This document shows positions 1-10,015 of a DNA stretch of 39,356 bases, piece by piece. The stretch's first letter is position 1. Each line of letters starts with the position of its first letter. A program made the position numbers and the translations under genes. A model generated the notes under the pieces. That model made no database searches. It was not told the origin of the DNA and saw nothing but the letters and a program-made list of their open reading frames with translations. The stretch lies in the IMG/VR virus record IMGVR_UViG_3300029925_000036, positions 1-39,356 of that record. One strand, written 5' to 3'. Source of the DNA: a virus (lineage: Duplodnaviria; Caudoviricetes).

Positions 1-120
1 TTCTGATGTGCTGGCGTTACCTTCTGATACGAGTGCAGCCGCTGCTGATGCGCTGGCGTTACCTTCTGATGTGCTGGCGTTACCTTCTGATACGAGTGCG
101 GCTGCTGCACTGGCTTCGGC
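1..120. repeat. 63-bp period tandem repeat encoding SEGNASTSEGNASASAAAALV in the tail fibre
   Basis: Bases 1-36 recur at 64-99. Bases 3-99 are identical to 39258-39354. Confidence 0.95.
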
Positions 121-630
121 AGCGAGTGCCCCTACAGCTGAGTCGGGGTACATCTCGGCATCACCTGTACTACTGTTAAAACCGAGTAGCGCACCTGCTC
201 GCTCCGAGGCGACGGGTAGTTCAAGTTGTGGGTTGGTGTCTGAGATTGGTGCTGTGATCGAGCGGACGAGTGTATCCGCGTCCTCCTGCCCCATCAGTGT
301 GAGCCGATCGAGGGCTTCCTCGTGGACCTCCGCAGGGAATGGGTCATTCTCTACATAATCAACGCCCTGTGTCTTCGCCGTGACGCGCTTGAGTACAAGG
401 ACCTCACCTATCACAGGTGGTACGAGCATAGTCACAGTACCGCCTGCGTCAGCGCCCGCCCCGGTGAGTGTGTAGTGGGTAATCTCTGCGAGTAGTGTCT
501 CGACGTTATCGACACCTCGCAACGTCACCGTCAGATCAGCACCCTGCAAGAATTTGAAAGTGGTTGGGAACTCCACCACAGACCCATCCCCAGTATATAG
601 GACTCGGCTGAGTGTACTTGAGATTGTCAT
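1..630 (-). CDS. Tail fibre protein, N-terminal part (partial; continues at the other end of the window)
   Basis: Not in the ORF track. ATG at 630 overlaps the TGA of the upstream gene (ATGA). It translates MTISSTLSRVLYTGDGSVVEFPTTFKFL...YVENDPFPAEVHEEALDRLT, a T7 gp17-like tail-attachment domain, then SEGNAS/AAAALV repeats, and stays open to base 1. Confidence 0.88.
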   Translation of the reverse strand, partial: MTISSTLSRVLYTGDGSVVEFPTTFKFLQGADLTVTLRGVDNVETLLAEITHYTLTGAGADAGGTVTMLVPPVIGEVLVLKRVTAKTQGVDYVENDPFPAEVHEEALDRLTLMGQEDADTLVRSITAPISDTNPQLELPVASERAGALLGFNSSTGDAEMYPDSAVGALAAEASAAAALVSEGNASTSEGNASASAAAALVSEGNASTSE

Positions 631-3600
631 CTTTTGGCTCCTAGTGCTTCATTGATAGCCGCTTCAGCTTGATCCACCACCTGGCGGAATCCTAGTAAAT
701 TATTATAGGGGATTAACCGGCGCATTGCAGTAACGTCGCTTTCACGTACCGGCTCGTCACCTACCGTAGCATTTGCTGCACTACCTACCACACTTACCAT
801 ATCACCTACAGAACCGAGTGTTGGGCCGAACATTGCGCCCAACGCCGTGCGGCTGGCGTACCGACTCATTGGGTCCTGGCCCATCATGGCTGATACCCCA
901 AAGTGGCCGCGTGTGGCTTTCTCTACGACATTGTTGGCATCGAACGCCCAGCCGGTCAGACCTGATCTATCAATACCCTCCTTCAGCCACCAGTCGACGT
1001 TATCCGCTGAGAAGTCCGGGATCTCACGGCCCGCGTCAGCGGCTTTTAGCGCTGTTACAGCCATACCCAGGGCAGTCGCGAGCCACATCCCATTGAGCGC
1101 CGCAGCATCCGCCTGCTGTAGCCCCGCGATCAGTGTGCGCTGTGTGCTGGCAATCCCGAATGATTTGAATTGGAATAGGTGCTTCCCGAACTCACCCCAG
1201 GCACCGGTCGCAATCAATGGCCTGTCCTGGCCAGGTGTAATGATGATCCGATCGACGTCGCGTGTGACCGAAGCTGCGAATAAATCAGCCGCATCCCGAC
1301 CAGCTTTGTCCGTACCCCAATCAGCGATATTCGGTAGGTTGAGCTTGCCTCGGTTGGCCCCGTGCGCTTTGAGGCTCTTTAAGATCGAAGCACCTGAGTC
1401 GGCGCCAATACCAGCCGAGCGTAAATACTCCAGCTCGGCTGGTTTGATCGTCCCAGCACGCTCGGCTTTCATCGCTCGAATCAACCGTTGGGACGATACG
1501 ACTCCCGCCATCTGCTTCATCGCAGTATTCCAAGGGGCCATCAGTGACACCATGCCGAACGTATCACTCATCGCACCGACGCCGCGCTCGAGTAGTGTGA
1601 GTCGGAGCATCTCGTCGTCGATGCCTGCAAGGGCACGTGCGCGAGAGTTGACCAGCATATCAGTCGCAGCGCCCATATCCTCTCGGATCTCTTTTGATAG
1701 CTTACTGAAGCCCTTGAAGTTGGTGATTAGTGGTGCTACAAGATCTCCAAACACCCGGCCGAAGCCGTGGACCATTACGATACGTGACATATCCGGGATT
1801 GCTGAGAGTGTCATACCACCCAGCTTGGCGATGTAATTGAGCTCGCGCACGGTACGACTTGCACGCGGCCCCCACGCGAGCGGGTCATCAGGTAATTTAT
1901 ACACACCGCGAATGCGCTCAGCGACGGCAACCATGTCGCGATCAAGCGTTCGAAATTTATCTTCGAGTGCCTTCTTACCCTTCTCTGTAGTCACGTGCTT
2001 CAGCTTCAGATTTAACTCATCTGCGAGATCCCGCCGCTGATGTGTCATCTCGATATCCCCGAAGGCACGAGTTAGCTCGAGGTCAGGCCCTACGGAGTGT
2101 ACGTAAGACTTCATCAGAATCTCTATATCATCCTCAAGGTAATCCGAGATACGCGAGTCCTCAATTAGGAAGCTCCGCTGCTGGAGGCTACCTGCACGAC
2201 CGGCTTTCTTCGGCCCTCCGGTATTTACCTGCATGCCGTACGGTAGGCGACCGCCAGGTGAGCCGAGTATCTGCCTGCGGATATCATGCGCGACGGATCG
2301 CAGCTCAGCGACGTCACGGGTGAGGTCATCGACGTCTCGCCCATGCTGCGCCACACGTGTATCTACATCTATCTGAGCGTCGCGCACCTTGGCCGCGGTA
2401 GTCTGCTTTAGATGTGCCAGCTCCTCTCCGGACCGCGTGGCGACTTCTTTGAGGTCATGGATCTTGGTTCGCAACGTTGCAATATCACCTTGCATTTGGA
2501 TCATTCGAGCTTTTGCTTTTGCGACCTGTGTATCTAGCACCTTGAACTCCACAGCCGCCGTACTCGCCCGCTGCTGTAGGAGCTTCCGCTTGGCTTTCGC
2601 AGCAGTGATGGCACGTACACGCGAGTCAAGTTTACGGCGGGGTTCGACCCCCACCTTCCGAGCTGCGCGGAGCCCTGTCTCCAACTTCAAGATCACAGCG
2701 CTCTGCTCGCCGACAGTCTGCTTGAGCTGCTCAACTCCATCTGCCTTCGAGTTAGCGCGAGTCTGTATCGGCCTGATCGTAACCTCAATCGACCGAGCTT
2801 GTTTGAGTTTAGTGTCGACCTGTGTAGTCATACGTGCGATATCGCCAGTGGCCTTCTTCTGAGTATGCGCCATAGCGCCAACCTGCTCAGCCGCCTCTGC
2901 CTTGATTGATGCGAGTGTGACTTTTAGCATCTTAAATGTCTCGATGCGATCCGTAGCCGCGACCTGCTTTTCAACAAGCCAGTCAGTGGTCGCATCGATA
3001 AACCCTTCCGGCCTAGCGACCAACATCTCACGGCTGTACATACGGTTTAGAAATGACTTGGCCGTCGTGACATCCACATCAGGTGGGAGTAACCCCAACT
3101 CGATCGCCTCATCCAGCATCGGATCTAGAATTTTGGCGCGGTAGTTCTCAGCGACCTTTTGAACTTCAGGTATTGCATGTACATCGTCGTTACGCATCGC
3201 GTGCCCGACAGCCTTACGAAACTCACGTTTGGTCAGCTTATCGCCGTGCATCCCAACCTTGCGCTCGATACCGATCTGTACGATATCACCAAAGCGTTTG
3301 GAGCGACCTTTTACGTATTGGGTGTACATATCATCCTGCACGCGGAGTGCATTGTAGAGGGGTGCTTCCCACTTAACTTTGACATTCCGCTCAACACTGA
3401 TTGGTGTCTCGATACCCAACTCATTTCGCTGCATCATCTGAGGTACTTCAGCTAACTGTGGCATCACTGTACGTGAGACATCGGAGTCCGCTAGTATGCT
3501 TCGGAATACCGGGTCTTGAAAGCCCACCACCTTAGCTACTGCTGTGACTGCTGCGTTACGTTTAATCCCAAGGTCCTCACCTGAGAGACCGGCTTTCATG

Positions 3601-4286
3601 GAGCCCACTGAACCTGATGGTACTGTGAGGTCCTCATCGACCTGACTCAATATCTCAGCGATCTGCTTGGCGTTGTGATTTCGCAGTGCCGCAGCGCCAC
3701 CACCGATAATGCCCGCGAGGAACATCACAGCCGTGACATTCACAGCTGATTCACCCAGCGTACGTGTGACTTGGTTGTGGTGTATCGCAGCCTCCTGGAC
3801 TGACATCGACGCGGCGGCGGCTGTACCTGTTGCCAACGCCCCTCGAAGGATACTCCCACCACCTCGATACGTTTTATATAGCACACCACCAACCGGTATA
3901 AAGGCTATCGGATCGATACCACCTATAACCATATTGGCGACCATACCCAAGATACCCGCCTCAGAGTTCCGTTGGCGCGCGCCAAGTTCCTTTCGTACCT
4001 GGCGTGTGACTGCATCAACCTCATCCGCTGTGTTCGCCATGATATAGCGTGACCCACCGGCCTCTTCCAGGCCAGCCGGGATTAGCGCGATTGGGTCAAA
4101 ATCAGTGTCGATGGGCGCTGTACGCTCCGGGAGGTCGTTGCCCACGTATGCGCCGATACTATTCTCAAGTAGGAACGCGTCCGCTACGATGCCGCTGAGC
4201 GGTTGATCCGATACTGTAGGGTCAGCCGTCGAAACGGTTGGGGCATGCCCGATCCGCTGGGTAGTCGCCATATCTACGATTGGCAT
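627..4286 (-). CDS. Large internal virion (ejection) protein, T7 gp16-like position
   Basis: 1219 aa, Ala/Gly-rich and helical with a long central coiled coil. It is the last of three genes between tail tubular B and the tail fibre. Confidence 0.7.
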   Translation of the reverse strand: MPIVDMATTQRIGHAPTVSTADPTVSDQPLSGIVADAFLLENSIGAYVGNDLPERTAPIDTDFDPIALIPAGLEEAGGSRYIMANTADEVDAVTRQVRKELGARQRNSEAGILGMVANMVIGGIDPIAFIPVGGVLYKTYRGGGSILRGALATGTAAAASMSVQEAAIHHNQVTRTLGESAVNVTAVMFLAGIIGGGAAALRNHNAKQIAEILSQVDEDLTVPSGSVGSMKAGLSGEDLGIKRNAAVTAVAKVVGFQDPVFRSILADSDVSRTVMPQLAEVPQMMQRNELGIETPISVERNVKVKWEAPLYNALRVQDDMYTQYVKGRSKRFGDIVQIGIERKVGMHGDKLTKREFRKAVGHAMRNDDVHAIPEVQKVAENYRAKILDPMLDEAIELGLLPPDVDVTTAKSFLNRMYSREMLVARPEGFIDATTDWLVEKQVAATDRIETFKMLKVTLASIKAEAAEQVGAMAHTQKKATGDIARMTTQVDTKLKQARSIEVTIRPIQTRANSKADGVEQLKQTVGEQSAVILKLETGLRAARKVGVEPRRKLDSRVRAITAAKAKRKLLQQRASTAAVEFKVLDTQVAKAKARMIQMQGDIATLRTKIHDLKEVATRSGEELAHLKQTTAAKVRDAQIDVDTRVAQHGRDVDDLTRDVAELRSVAHDIRRQILGSPGGRLPYGMQVNTGGPKKAGRAGSLQQRSFLIEDSRISDYLEDDIEILMKSYVHSVGPDLELTRAFGDIEMTHQRRDLADELNLKLKHVTTEKGKKALEDKFRTLDRDMVAVAERIRGVYKLPDDPLAWGPRASRTVRELNYIAKLGGMTLSAIPDMSRIVMVHGFGRVFGDLVAPLITNFKGFSKLSKEIREDMGAATDMLVNSRARALAGIDDEMLRLTLLERGVGAMSDTFGMVSLMAPWNTAMKQMAGVVSSQRLIRAMKAERAGTIKPAELEYLRSAGIGADSGASILKSLKAHGANRGKLNLPNIADWGTDKAGRDAADLFAASVTRDVDRIIITPGQDRPLIATGAWGEFGKHLFQFKSFGIASTQRTLIAGLQQADAAALNGMWLATALGMAVTALKAADAGREIPDFSADNVDWWLKEGIDRSGLTGWAFDANNVVEKATRGHFGVSAMMGQDPMSRYASRTALGAMFGPTLGSVGDMVSVVGSAANATVGDEPVRESDVTAMRRLIPYNNLLGFRQVVDQAEAAINEALGAKR

Positions 4287-6373
4287 CAGGGAGCCTCACT
4301 CACACCTAGCCCAAACGCTGGGTTTCCAAGTGATTTCTGCACCTCAGTTTTAAATGTGTCGGTATAGAACGTGTCCGATGGCTTGGACACATGCTTACGA
4401 CCCTCAGTCGCTTCGAACTCAAGGCGCTCGCGATAGAGCTGCTGGGTGAGGTCTGCATGATCTTTCGTGTCTCGTTTGAACTGCTCGCTGCGCTGGTAGT
4501 CAGGTGCCCAGTTCTCGATATGTACGATCCGGCCATCGATCTTTGAGATCCCAGAGATTGCGTAGATAGGCCGCCCACCAGCTGCGCGACGGTTCGGGTG
4601 TGCTGTGACGATCAACTTGCCGCCCACTTCCAAGACCTGCGCACGTGTCACAGGGTCGTCGTCCATATCTCCCATGAGCTGTTCCATCTGCCACTTGCGA
4701 TTGGCGTCGTCGTCCTTGGTGAGTACTGGATACCAGATACCAGGTGCGTCGAGCTGCGCGGTATCTTCATCCGTCAGCGACGCGGACCACCGCCCACGTG
4801 CGACCGTCGCAGCTTGAGCGATAGCAGCCTCAGCATTACCATGTAGTAGGTAGTTATCACGTGCGACCTTCTCCACCTGTGCAACCATCGCGGGTGGTAC
4901 GTCCAGGTCAAAGAAAAAGTCACTGCCGAACACCTTCCCGACAGCTGTGTCTAATTTTGATTCGAAATCTCCATCACGTACAAGTGTGGTGAATTCCCGA
5001 TCACGTGCATCGCGCACAGCAGGCTGGATATCGCGCACACTGTTGAATAAATCAATGGCGGCCTTCGGCTTCATACCACCCTCAACGTATGATTGGATCT
5101 CGACCGCTTTTTCGATGTGATTCTTTTGGAATGAGTGAATCAGCCCTGGGTTCGTCGCGATCATCTTAGAGAATATATCCGCAGCAAGTGCGGTCGCGTC
5201 AGGGTTGTGCATAACCCCAAGTGGCCCGATGATTGAATCTCGGAGTGTATCAGGTACAAATCCGATCTGAGCTGAGAACCACGTCGCCTTAGTGGGGATG
5301 TCTTCAATCTCCCAGCGAGTGGCCAGCTGCTTATACATCGCGTCAGCTGCTTCCCTATGCTTGGGATTAGCTGGACTCACGAACGCGGTACCTTCAAGTG
5401 CCTGTGTGATTAAGTTATAGCTGATCACCTCATCCGCAGACTCACGGTATCTATTGCGGAGTTGCAACCACTCACGAGCTCCTTCCTGGGTACCGGCATG
5501 TTTGAACTTAAACGCCTCGACTGCGGTCGTCTGCAGTTGGTTGGTCTCGCCGAGATCCATAAGGGATGCGTACTCCCACGCGCGATCGATCGACGCTTGC
5601 TTGGCGAGTGTAGCCCGATCTTTTACCTTCTGAGTCTCAACTGCAGCGACGGCCTTATGTGCTAGCCGGAGTGATGTGCGCCTGTCATCCTCGTCGAGTG
5701 CGTACCCGCCCTGCCCCAGCGCGTCGATCACGGCGGCCGGGTCGAGTGTTATATCAGCTAGTACACGTTGGCGCTCAGCGGTATCAATGAACGACTGCTG
5801 GCGCTGAACAGCCTCCTCGGCAGTTACGGTGCCGGTCTCGACTGCACGCTCGTACGCGGCGTCCACACCCTCTAGGATCATACCCCGATCAACGGAGTCT
5901 GGTAGCTGTGCGTAATTCGCGCTGAGTGTGTCCTCCATGGCACTGAGTGCTGCCCGCCCGGCGTCAATCTCAAGCCCTCGCGCCTTGCGGCGAACACGGG
6001 TCTCACTGTGTACCTCAATCGTATCGAACTGCTGGTTGAATAGGTCTCGTGTCGCAGGGCTGTCAAGGGACTCACTTAGATCACTGCGCATCTTAACCAT
6101 CGCGTCGCGATGTACATCCCCCCATGACTCGAATGAGCCTGGGTCAGCGCTAAGTTCATCCTCAAGCTGTGTAGACTGGCGAACGGCTTCTGTCGAAGCG
6201 GTGTTGAGCTTTCGATTCTCACGTGCCAGTGCGATCTTCGCCTCGACACCTCGTGCGAACGTCGCAGCCTTACTAACCGCCTGCCCGACACGTGACACGG
6301 CACCCCCAATATCAGCGCTCTCCGCACGTACTGGGCTTATCGTTCGATCATTCAGTGTAGGTATGATTGGCAT
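4286..6373 (-). CDS. Internal virion protein (gp15-like position)
   Basis: 695 aa, helical, N-terminus MPIIPT..., overlaps both neighbours by 1 nt; called by synteny. Confidence 0.65.
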   Translation of the reverse strand: MPIIPTLNDRTISPVRAESADIGGAVSRVGQAVSKAATFARGVEAKIALARENRKLNTASTEAVRQSTQLEDELSADPGSFESWGDVHRDAMVKMRSDLSESLDSPATRDLFNQQFDTIEVHSETRVRRKARGLEIDAGRAALSAMEDTLSANYAQLPDSVDRGMILEGVDAAYERAVETGTVTAEEAVQRQQSFIDTAERQRVLADITLDPAAVIDALGQGGYALDEDDRRTSLRLAHKAVAAVETQKVKDRATLAKQASIDRAWEYASLMDLGETNQLQTTAVEAFKFKHAGTQEGAREWLQLRNRYRESADEVISYNLITQALEGTAFVSPANPKHREAADAMYKQLATRWEIEDIPTKATWFSAQIGFVPDTLRDSIIGPLGVMHNPDATALAADIFSKMIATNPGLIHSFQKNHIEKAVEIQSYVEGGMKPKAAIDLFNSVRDIQPAVRDARDREFTTLVRDGDFESKLDTAVGKVFGSDFFFDLDVPPAMVAQVEKVARDNYLLHGNAEAAIAQAATVARGRWSASLTDEDTAQLDAPGIWYPVLTKDDDANRKWQMEQLMGDMDDDPVTRAQVLEVGGKLIVTAHPNRRAAGGRPIYAISGISKIDGRIVHIENWAPDYQRSEQFKRDTKDHADLTQQLYRERLEFEATEGRKHVSKPSDTFYTDTFKTEVQKSLGNPAFGLGVSEAP

Positions 6374-6852
6374 TAGCCCTCACCCCCCTGCGCAGCACCA
6401 CCAAGCGCACCACCAAGCGCACCACCAAGCGCTGTTCCTGCAGGGCCTCCAATTACACCGCCGACGACTGTACCTAGCACACTAAAAAACCCTCCCTTCC
6501 TTCGAGCCGCTGCAGCTCGCCGTAATTCACCCGCTCTGCGGATTGCCGATGTGCGTACCTCAAGGGCGTTACGCTCTACGACGTCTGCAGTTGCGGCCAT
6601 AACTTCTAGTGGTGTACCACTGACAGTGACACCTGCTTTCGCGAACCCTGCCTGCTGTGCACTGCCGACACGTACGCCCTCCTCCTGGATACGTAGCTCA
6701 GCTAGCCGCCCCTCGCGGAGTACCTCGTTAGCGTTAAATCTAAGCCCGCGCTCAGCCTCTTTCGCCGCGAGGCGCTGCCCAAACGCCTGAAGTGAGGTGC
6801 CGATGATGTCACCGGTAATGCTCAGCCCAGACGGCATAGTTTGCTCAGCCAT
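6373..6852 (-). CDS. Small internal virion protein (gp14-like)
   Basis: 159 aa with QQAGFAKAGVTVSGTPLEV motif and a Gly/Ala-rich hydrophobic C-terminus carrying a 12-bp (GGAL) repeat at about 6396-6432. Confidence 0.7.
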   Translation of the reverse strand: MAEQTMPSGLSITGDIIGTSLQAFGQRLAAKEAERGLRFNANEVLREGRLAELRIQEEGVRVGSAQQAGFAKAGVTVSGTPLEVMAATADVVERNALEVRTSAIRRAGELRRAAAARRKGGFFSVLGTVVGGVIGGPAGTALGGALGGALGGAAQGGEG

Positions 6853-8887
6853 TGGTCTTGACCTCCGGCATCACTGCAATCAACATGAATGGTAGTGGTT
6901 GTGACTGGCGGAGGAACAGCCGGCCATCGCGGTCATACCCACCTGTAACTGGGACTCGCTTATCACCTGTAAATAGTGGTACTGGCGCGTCCATATCGTC
7001 CGCCGCTGACCGGAAGGGTATCCGATCCAATCGGTTAGATGTCAGCCCTACCTCCAACCCTACCGTCTGGTAGAGTCGGACAGTTACAGCAGACGTACGC
7101 TTGACTTTCCCTTGGGCCGTACCGTTCTCACTGCCAGCCTCAAGTCGTAACAGGCCTACATCCCGGTTCTTATAATAACCAGCATGCACACGTGATCCAG
7201 CGCGATCAAGGCTCACCTCACCTGCTACGACTGTACGATCCGGGTGCGTAGCTCCATCCACAAGCAGTGCTATCGTCTCACCTTCAAGGTGGTGAAGCCC
7301 TACAATTGTGGTCACAGGTGCGCCGTTATACGTCAACCCAGCGTCCACGAAAAATGCGTCTTCGATATCACCATCAGCCTCATGCCCACCCGTGATCACC
7401 TCAATGTGTCTGACTACAGCACCACCTACCCATCGCTGCACGGCTATCCAGACGTCATCGCGGGCTACATTTACACCCCCGGGTATCGTGGCGACTGACT
7501 CTACCTTCGCAGCACTACCAGCCGCATCGGACGTACCACCAAGGATGTGCCTATGCCATCCGTACACGTCTTGCTCTTTCTCGTATGTCATGCCGACAAG
7601 TGTGCCATCGGTCCGCGTACCCCAGATGATACTGTCAGGGTCCTGCTGGTAACTTAGCTGAGTCAAGCCCCCACGTGTGATGTGCTCAGATAGGAGTGTG
7701 ATGTCCGGCGCGCCGTAGCTATCGGTCTCGAATGCATACTCCAGCTGGCGTAACTTCTCGCCGCCACGTTGGATGAATACTGTTGTCGCCGCGACATTGA
7801 TCGGCTGGATATTTCGGCACCCGAAGCTAGTCCGAGGGACGATTCGCACGTCAGTCGGTGTGAGTGCCGCGTCGCGGCGAGATGCGGACGCCACGTGGAT
7901 ACCCCCTGACGTGCCGATCACCAATAAATCTCCGGGGGCTAGCCACTGAATGGCGTTCACCTGCTCCGAGGCGATCGTGTACTGCAACGCGTCTGACGCA
8001 TTGGCACCTAACGCGTGATTCGTATAGTCAGCACTCACAGAGCCCCACAGTGTCTGCGGCTGCTCAATCGACGCCGCCCAGAATAGCCGCTGCTCGTAGA
8101 ATGCAACGGCACGTGGGAAGCCGTTCCACGCAGACCAAGCACCCTCTGCCCAGTTACTCGTAGCACCAGTACCAGATAGTGTCTCAAGTACTGTAGCTGA
8201 CACGCTAGTGGTCGATGTAAATCCTGTGATTCGAACATACCCAACCCCAGAGCCGATGCGCCACAGCCCCCCGACATTGCCGAGCTCAAACAGTGGGCTT
8301 GATGCTGTGAGTGTGATGTTACCACTCGTCGCAGATGGTGTGATCGCAAGTGATGGTATTAGATTGAGATCCAAATACGGGCCGAACGTAGTCTCGAACT
8401 CCACAATTGAGAAGTTGATCGCAGTCGTACGTGTCAGGACCATGGGTGGGTGATCTTTATGTGCGATGTAAAGTGCGTCAGCGCTCTGTGAGACCTGGAG
8501 CCCGAAGAGCTCCGCCTCAGTGTATGGCGTTACGACCTCTGCCGGGTGGAGCTTCTCAAACTCATCTGCGAACTCTGCGGCAAATGGGCCGCTGGCGACG
8601 GCAGTGCGTAAGGCGTAGAACCTGATGTAAAGATCTCCGAACTCCAGTATATACGCTTGATCAGTAGATACTTCGAACCGAAGTAGGCGTACCTTTTTAT
8701 CTGGGTACTTCCCTGCTGCGATATACTGTGACCCACCGCGTGACACAATCGGGCCATGCGGAAGCGGGATCATATTCTCAAGCGTCTCGACACCCGTGCG
8801 GTACTTATCCAGATCCGTACGGCCTAGTAGTCGTGGGCTCAATTCTCCCGCATTGAAGCTGTGTTGAATTGCGGCTTCAGCTGGCAT
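6845..8887 (-). CDS. Tail tubular protein B / nozzle
   Basis: 680 aa. Starts QHSFNAGELSPRLLGRTDL and contains FYEQRLFWA and EQDVYGWHRH, as in T7 gp12/BPP-1-like nozzles. Confidence 0.88.
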   Translation of the reverse strand: MPAEAAIQHSFNAGELSPRLLGRTDLDKYRTGVETLENMIPLPHGPIVSRGGSQYIAAGKYPDKKVRLLRFEVSTDQAYILEFGDLYIRFYALRTAVASGPFAAEFADEFEKLHPAEVVTPYTEAELFGLQVSQSADALYIAHKDHPPMVLTRTTAINFSIVEFETTFGPYLDLNLIPSLAITPSATSGNITLTASSPLFELGNVGGLWRIGSGVGYVRITGFTSTTSVSATVLETLSGTGATSNWAEGAWSAWNGFPRAVAFYEQRLFWAASIEQPQTLWGSVSADYTNHALGANASDALQYTIASEQVNAIQWLAPGDLLVIGTSGGIHVASASRRDAALTPTDVRIVPRTSFGCRNIQPINVAATTVFIQRGGEKLRQLEYAFETDSYGAPDITLLSEHITRGGLTQLSYQQDPDSIIWGTRTDGTLVGMTYEKEQDVYGWHRHILGGTSDAAGSAAKVESVATIPGGVNVARDDVWIAVQRWVGGAVVRHIEVITGGHEADGDIEDAFFVDAGLTYNGAPVTTIVGLHHLEGETIALLVDGATHPDRTVVAGEVSLDRAGSRVHAGYYKNRDVGLLRLEAGSENGTAQGKVKRTSAVTVRLYQTVGLEVGLTSNRLDRIPFRSAADDMDAPVPLFTGDKRVPVTGGYDRDGRLFLRQSQPLPFMLIAVMPEVKTNG

Positions 8888-9465
8888 CAGTACAGTGCCG
8901 CACTGTGTCGCGCGTTAATCCATGCATCGGCCTCGAACACTTCTATCGAGCCGTTCTCCTGGGAGTCAGACGCCTTCGCGTCCGTGACTAGATCGTTGTA
9001 GAGTGCTATAGCAGCGGCCTCAATTGTCTTTGAGTCTGTGAGTGGTCGTGCAAGTGCCATCCCAATGCGAGCCGATAGCGCCTCTGTGAATTGAGCGTCA
9101 AATCGTGTGGGGTCGGTGATCTCCCGTATGTACTTGATCATCACACTGCTGCGATTTGAGAGTAATACCCCACCTTCGATACGGTACACCTCATATAGAT
9201 CATCTGTATGTAGTACGCGCAGGCAATCCGCCGGGAGCTGGAACTCACTGGAGAATTCGAATGTAGGTGTGGTTGGTAGTTTGGCAAGCTGTACGCGCTT
9301 CAATGCAAAGTTCCACTTGGCAGCACGTAGTACAGAATTTCGTAGTTGCTCGTAGCGCTGGTTGCAGAGGCGAGCAGGTTTCGTATCCTCAGTGAGTGAG
9401 GTTATCGTGTCCTCACCGATCCCGATCAGGCCGCCATTGCAGATACTTACATCACTTCGTGCCAT
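8887..9465 (-). CDS. Tail tubular protein A / adaptor
   Basis: 192 aa with SICNGGLIGIG, WNFALKRVQL and FQLPADCLRV, typical of gp11-like adaptors. Confidence 0.88.
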   Translation of the reverse strand: MARSDVSICNGGLIGIGEDTITSLTEDTKPARLCNQRYEQLRNSVLRAAKWNFALKRVQLAKLPTTPTFEFSSEFQLPADCLRVLHTDDLYEVYRIEGGVLLSNRSSVMIKYIREITDPTRFDAQFTEALSARIGMALARPLTDSKTIEAAAIALYNDLVTDAKASDSQENGSIEVFEADAWINARHSAALY

Positions 9466-9475
9466 TTAATTGTAC

Positions 9476-9501
9476 GGGGTAGTAGCGCAAGCCACTACCC
9501 C
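9476..9501 (-). terminator. Stable hairpin after the capsid/decoration genes (terminator or translational element)
   Basis: Minus strand GGGGTAGTGGC-TTGC-GCTACTACCCC, an 11-bp stem with one G-U pair. No good U-tract follows. Confidence 0.5.
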
Positions 9502-9514
9502 AAACTCCTTTACC

Positions 9515-10000
9515 TTAGTCTTGGACGTAGATGAAGTACCCATCCACAGTCGCGCCAATTGGAATCGTACCGTCATTGACCTGAGCTGTAAGCGTTAGAC
9601 CACCATTTGATGAAAATAGATAAGTCTCATCACCCCCTACGACACCCGCAGGTATGAACGCCACCGCTGACGATACGTCGACACCATCTTCCAGGCCATT
9701 CGGATCAGCCACTACTGCGTCGCCATCTAGGCCTGTATAGGCGAGCCAGCCAAGATCCATTGTGCGTGAGATGCCAAGCGCACTCACTGCGATTCGCGAC
9801 AGTGGTAGGATTAGTCGAACCACACCCGCCGGGATTTTAACTAGCTCTTGGAGTGATCCAGCGTCACCAGCCGCAGCACCTTGGACAAAGCTGAAGCGTA
9901 ACACCTTCAACTTACCGCGAAGCTCGTCGACACCCGCCACGACGGGTGGGACTGACTCCTGATTTACAATCTGTGCACTCTTTTCTTGTGTGATAGCCAT
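9515..10000 (-). CDS. Putative capsid decoration/cement protein
   Basis: 161 aa, beta-rich, directly downstream of the major capsid gene. Confidence 0.55.
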   Translation of the reverse strand: MAITQEKSAQIVNQESVPPVVAGVDELRGKLKVLRFSFVQGAAAGDAGSLQELVKIPAGVVRLILPLSRIAVSALGISRTMDLGWLAYTGLDGDAVVADPNGLEDGVDVSSAVAFIPAGVVGGDETYLFSSNGGLTLTAQVNDGTIPIGATVDGYFIYVQD

Positions 10001-10015
10001 GTCATATGCCCCTGA

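Noticed and set aside
1-99. Direct terminal repeat of the phage genome
   Set aside because: The shared 97 bp is a coding tandem repeat with mismatched flanks, so it marks an assembly break and not a physical terminus.
8-358. Plus-strand 116-aa repeat ORF and the many other antisense ORFs in the track
   Set aside because: They are shadows of real genes on the opposite strand; here the minus frame gives a recognisable tail-fibre domain.
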